Part shown: positions 60,609 to 64,000 of the stretch, one piece after another | Layout of the letters: each line of letters opens with the position of its first letter | Numbering within the stretch: position 1 is the first letter of the stretch | Assembly (NCBI GenBank): GCA_963700285.1 | Contig: CAVOXA010000010.1 | Coordinates: forward strand, 1,728,001 to 1,792,000 | Reading direction: 5' to 3' | DNA length: 64,000 nucleotides | DNA from: an uncultured Chloroflexia bacterium | Lineage (GTDB): Bacteria; Chloroflexota; Anaerolineae; JAAYZQ01 | Translations under genes and position numbers: made by a program | The notes under the pieces: model-generated | The model's input: only the letters and a program-made list of their open reading frames with translations | Database searches by the model: none | Told to the model about the DNA's origin: nothing

Positions 60609-62031
60609 TAGAGTATCCCTTTCGGTGGAAATTCACCGAGCGCGTTGGGCAACGTGGAATTCGTGGGTCTCCTGTGCGAGCATGGCATTGATGCCGGTCT
60701 CCGAATGATAGGCATTGGCCGCGCGCGTTCGGCAGCGGAGTCTACGATTGAAGCGTTCCAGGCGACTGGTTGCGCGCAGATGCTTGCGTTCCCAGTTGGG
60801 GAATTCTTGCTCCAGGGCAAAGTAGGTGACGGTCAAGCGGAAGTCGCGACGCAAAGTTGCGATCGCCTGAGGTTGTGTGTCGCGGTGGGTGCGAACGACT
60901 TTGAGATAGCGGCGCAGCATGGTTTGGTAGCGCCGGGCCTCCCATATCTGCCGAAAGTCTTGAAAGACCTTCTTGCGATGTCGTCGGCGCTGCTTGTCAG
61001 AGAGGTTCTCTGGTGTGCAGATCGCCTTGTAGATGTTGCGGAGCTTGTGGAAAAGGCACCGTTGCTGCTCAGCGTCAAACCAGACGGTTTGTAAGGCAGA
61101 ACAGAGTCCCTTGCCACCATCGTGGATGATGAGTTCCAAGCCGTTCTGACCACAGATGCCTTGGGCTTCCAATATCTCGAGGAATTTGACCCACTCTTCA
61201 GCGCTTTCACCTTCGCCGAGCCGCCAGAGAAGGATCTCGCAGCGGTCGCTGTCAGGCCAGACACCCATGGCGATCATGATGGGGCACTTGAATCGCCCCT
61301 TGACCGGTCGTCTGCGGCCTTTGCGGTCACGACGTACCTCGCCGTTGGCGCGGAGGAGGGTCACCCAGATGGCATCCACCTGCAAGATGGGCGGCACGTC
61401 CTCCACCTCGCGGTTGGGATCGAGGTTCTGGAGCTGATGCAGACGATTGTTCAGCGTTCGCAGGGCTAGCGGGCCGATGCGCATCTGTTCCAGCTCCCTG
61501 CGCATCTGTCGCAGGCTGATGGCCAAGGCGCCCCATCGTTGAATCTGGATATCCACATCATCCCAGAGCCGTTGATAGGGGCACAACAAGCCATCGAAGT
61601 CGATGTGAACACTTCCTCCGCATGCACACCGGACACGAGGCAGGTAGATGGCCAAGGGACCCCACCCTGTGAGCAAGTGCCGTTGCCGAAACCCATTGCG
61701 ACTGAAGCGATGGCTGGCTTTCGACCCGCAGCGACAACACTTACCTTCTCGACGCAGGCGTCTTGGCACTTTTTTCCGTCGTCGGTGGTAGGGGCGGCCA
61801 ACAACATGGCAAACAATGGCTACGAGTAGCTCTATGAATCGAAGCTCCATGGTCTGCTGGAGAGTCCCTTCTGCTTCCAGTATTGATTCCTTGAGCAAGT
61901 CTCGGGCGTTGACAAGAGTACAACTTTCGGGTATCTTAACCATGGAGCGGCCTCCTCGTAGCTTGGTTTCAGCAACCTTGGCTTACATGGAGTCCGCTCC
62001 AATGCCAATTTCCACCGAGTTGTATACACTA
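60609..62031 (-). mobile_element. IS256/Mutator-like insertion sequence
   Basis: Imperfect terminal IRs TAGAGTATCCCTTTCGGTGGAAATT / AATTTCCACCGAGTTGTATACACTA; no clear 8-9 bp target duplication. Confidence 0.75.
60633..61943 (-). CDS. IS256-family DDE transposase with N-terminal Cys cluster
   Basis: 'LQVDAIW', 'IIHDGGKGL', 'QRCLFHK', 'TSRLERFNR'. Confidence 0.85.
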   Translation of the reverse strand: MVKIPESCTLVNARDLLKESILEAEGTLQQTMELRFIELLVAIVCHVVGRPYHRRRKKVPRRLRREGKCCRCGSKASHRFSRNGFRQRHLLTGWGPLAIYLPRVRCACGGSVHIDFDGLLCPYQRLWDDVDIQIQRWGALAISLRQMRRELEQMRIGPLALRTLNNRLHQLQNLDPNREVEDVPPILQVDAIWVTLLRANGEVRRDRKGRRRPVKGRFKCPIMIAMGVWPDSDRCEILLWRLGEGESAEEWVKFLEILEAQGICGQNGLELIIHDGGKGLCSALQTVWFDAEQQRCLFHKLRNIYKAICTPENLSDKQRRRHRKKVFQDFRQIWEARRYQTMLRRYLKVVRTHRDTQPQAIATLRRDFRLTVTYFALEQEFPNWERKHLRATSRLERFNRRLRCRTRAANAYHSETGINAMLAQETHEFHVAQRAR

Positions 62032-62048
62032 CCCTCACGCTAACGTGT

Positions 62049-62077
62049 TTGCTCTCACTGCGAATCTGTGCTATACT
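62049..62077 (+). promoter_or_regulatory. Candidate sigma70 promoter upstream of R4
   Basis: TTGCTC-N17-TATACT. Confidence 0.45.
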
Positions 62078-62098
62078 GTGGCCGATATCAAGAATCGC

Positions 62099-62152
62099 GC
62101 CTCCAAGAAAAGATTCCGTGACAGGTTTTTGGTAAGTATCCCCTTGGGGGCA
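62099..62152 (+). repeat. Divergent boundary repeat R4
   Basis: GCCTCCAAG…CCCTTGGGGGCA; same closing stem and tRNA-3' core, different loop; followed by ATGTCGCCAC. Confidence 0.75.
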
Positions 62153-62184
62153 CACATGTCGCCACTTTATGTAACTATGGCAAC

Positions 62185-62225
62185 CAAGAGGGATCGATTC
62201 CAGTACCAGGAATCGATCCCTCTTG
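62185..62225 (+). terminator. Hairpin at the start of module 5
   Basis: 17-bp perfect stem CAAGAGGGATCGATTCC/GGAATCGATCCCTCTTG. Confidence 0.7.
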
Positions 62226-62517
62226 TGACTTGAGACCCAAGGCGCAGTCATTGACCAACATAGAAAATGACCTATATCAGCGGAAAACAGCTATTCTGAT
62301 CCCCAGACATTCAGCAGAATACGTTGCTGTCTTCGACTCGTCAACCTAGCCAACGGCAAGGCGGTTTGGCGACACTGTGTGCCACGAAGAAGACTCGAAT
62401 CAATCATGTCGCCATCGCAGCCGCAACCTCGAGCAGAGGCCGAATGGGCCGGTATCTTGATGGATGAGCATGTTTGGCCAGGACAGCTCTCCTTGCTGCT
62501 CCGCAACCCTGCAGTGC

Positions 62518-62551
62518 TGGCGCCATGGCGTGCGTTCGAGATCCCTGGGCA
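62518..62551 (+). repeat. Degenerate boundary repeat R5
   Basis: TGGCGCCATGGCGTGCGTTCGAGATCCCTGGGCA. Confidence 0.75.
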
Positions 62552-62782
62552 CCTGGTACCTATACCAGGGTGGAGACTTGGACTTCTTACAGGGGGTAAG
62601 ACTGCGAGAACAAACAGGGCAGAGGCATGGACATTTCACAGAAGGTAGATCTGTGAGAACTGCCAGAGCATCTCGTCAATCGCCATAGATCCCCTGGCAG
62701 TTGGTACCTTGCCTTGCTGGACCTCCAGCAAGGCAAGGTCTATTCTCGCTATTGATGCCTCTGGGCCCCTCACCCAGATTGA

Positions 62783-64000
62783 CTAGCCTCCAGATACACC
62801 CAGCAGATGCCGGGCAAGGGCGTGGTACGCCGGTAACGATGTGGGATCGTTGGCCGCATTGCCGGCCACCGGATGCGACGCAAACCGCACAATGACCATT
62901 TCGGCCTTGGGGTCGATGTATAGGGCCTGGCCGTGCACACCCCGTGCGCCGAACGCGCCGTGCTCGTTGTGCGTGACCCACCACATGTTGCGGTAACTCC
63001 ATCCTTCCAGCAGGCTGTAACCGGCCTTGGCGAAGGCGTCCCGGTCACCGCCGCGCTGGATGTCGTCGACGGCGGCCGAGGGCACGATCTGCTGCCCATT
63101 GAACGTGCCACCACTGCGGATCATTTCGCCAAAACGCGCCAGGTCGCGCAGGCCCGTGTTTAGACCGCCGCCGGCAAAGGGCGTGCCGATGGAGTCGACG
63201 CTAAAGTATGCGTCCTGCTCGGCGCCGAGTCGGCGCCAGATGCGTTCGGACAGCAACTGGGCGGCCGAGCGCCCTGTAACGCGTGCGATCACCCAGCCCA
63301 GGGCGTCGGTGTTTGCCGTCTTATAGCCAAAGGCTTCGCCGTGGTTGCCCTGCTTTTTGACCGTCTGCAGAAACTCGTAGTAACTGCGTGGCCCAGTATA
63401 GTCCTTTGGCTTGGGCAGCGGGTTGCCCGCGTGCGCATGGGCCCACACTTCCGCGTTGGGGTTGGAGTAGTCCTCGCTGAACTTGATCGCCGTGGTCATA
63501 TCGAGCACCTGGCGCACGGTAGCATCACCAAAGCCAGAGCCGGCCAGTTCGGGCACGTATTCGCTGACAGGCGCCTCGGCGTCGATCTTGCCTTCAGCGA
63601 CCAACATGGCCCCCAGTGTGCCGACGAACGACTTGGTCACCGACATCGCACCGTGCTGGCCATCTTCCTTGAGCACGCCAAAGTAGCACTCATAGACGAT
63701 GCGCCCTTTGTGCAGCACCACGATCCCGTCGGTGTAGTTGGCCGTCAGCGACTGGGCCCAGGTCATTGGCTGCGTGGCGCCGAGGGGGGTGAACTGTAGG
63801 GCGTCAATGTCGGCTCGCAGTTCTCGATCGAGTGGGATGGGCGCCTCCAGCCCCCGTGAGACGTTGACCGTGGGCATCAACTGGCGAAAGTTCGAGACGC
63901 TCCAACGCATGGCGGGGAATCGGAAGTAGCTGCCATCGTCAAAACGCAGCGTGCGATCGGCAGGCGGTGGGGTGCGGTGACCCTGCTGGTCCTCGCCTGT
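62783..64000 (-). CDS. Serine hydrolase, beta-lactamase class C/NylB-like (frame open to window end)
   Basis: SxxK 'MSVTKS', 'FGYKTANTD', 'ARGVHGQ'. Confidence 0.88.
   Translation of the reverse strand, partial: TGEDQQGHRTPPPADRTLRFDDGSYFRFPAMRWSVSNFRQLMPTVNVSRGLEAPIPLDRELRADIDALQFTPLGATQPMTWAQSLTANYTDGIVVLHKGRIVYECYFGVLKEDGQHGAMSVTKSFVGTLGAMLVAEGKIDAEAPVSEYVPELAGSGFGDATVRQVLDMTTAIKFSEDYSNPNAEVWAHAHAGNPLPKPKDYTGPRSYYEFLQTVKKQGNHGEAFGYKTANTDALGWVIARVTGRSAAQLLSERIWRRLGAEQDAYFSVDSIGTPFAGGGLNTGLRDLARFGEMIRSGGTFNGQQIVPSAAVDDIQRGGDRDAFAKAGYSLLEGWSYRNMWWVTHNEHGAFGARGVHGQALYIDPKAEMVIVRFASHPVAGNAANDPTSLPAYHALARHLLGVSGG

Noticed and set aside
48541-62551. Boundary repeats as a CRISPR array
   Set aside because: Spacing is 0.4-7 kb with whole genes between copies, and there are no cas genes in the window.
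62230-62780. Integrase remnant in module 5 or after R5
   Set aside because: No R-H-R-Y or serine-recombinase motifs recognisable in the short ORFs there.

Overview
GC-rich bacterial chromosomal segment whose gene content and protein families suggest Chloroflexota/Anaerolineae (inference). Positions 1-47.8 kb are mostly housekeeping: GT-C-type membrane glycosyltransferases, ssb, der, prfA-prmC, a lipid cluster, rpsB-tsf-pyrH-frr-uppS-cdsA, purine salvage (hpt-ade-purA), UPF0182, ilvE and parAB, plus one decayed sigma70-like/transposase element. From tRNA-Glu(TTC) at 47846 to the window end lies an accessory region. It is a tandem array of small modules with no integrase in the window (toxin-antitoxin pairs, NYN nuclease, AbiE, SARP regulator plus SGNH lipoprotein, serine hydrolase). 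The modules are separated by ~50-bp hairpin repeats ending in the tRNA 3' sequence CCCTTGGGGGCA, and the tRNA and four of these sites are each followed by their own terminator-like stem. Two of these repeats are interrupted at the same GG by IS110-family elements. The IS110 non-coding ends contain a readable bridge-RNA-like structure whose guides match both the repeat/tRNA core and the element's own circle junction. Several single-base frameshifts (including in prfA) suggest assembly indel errors.
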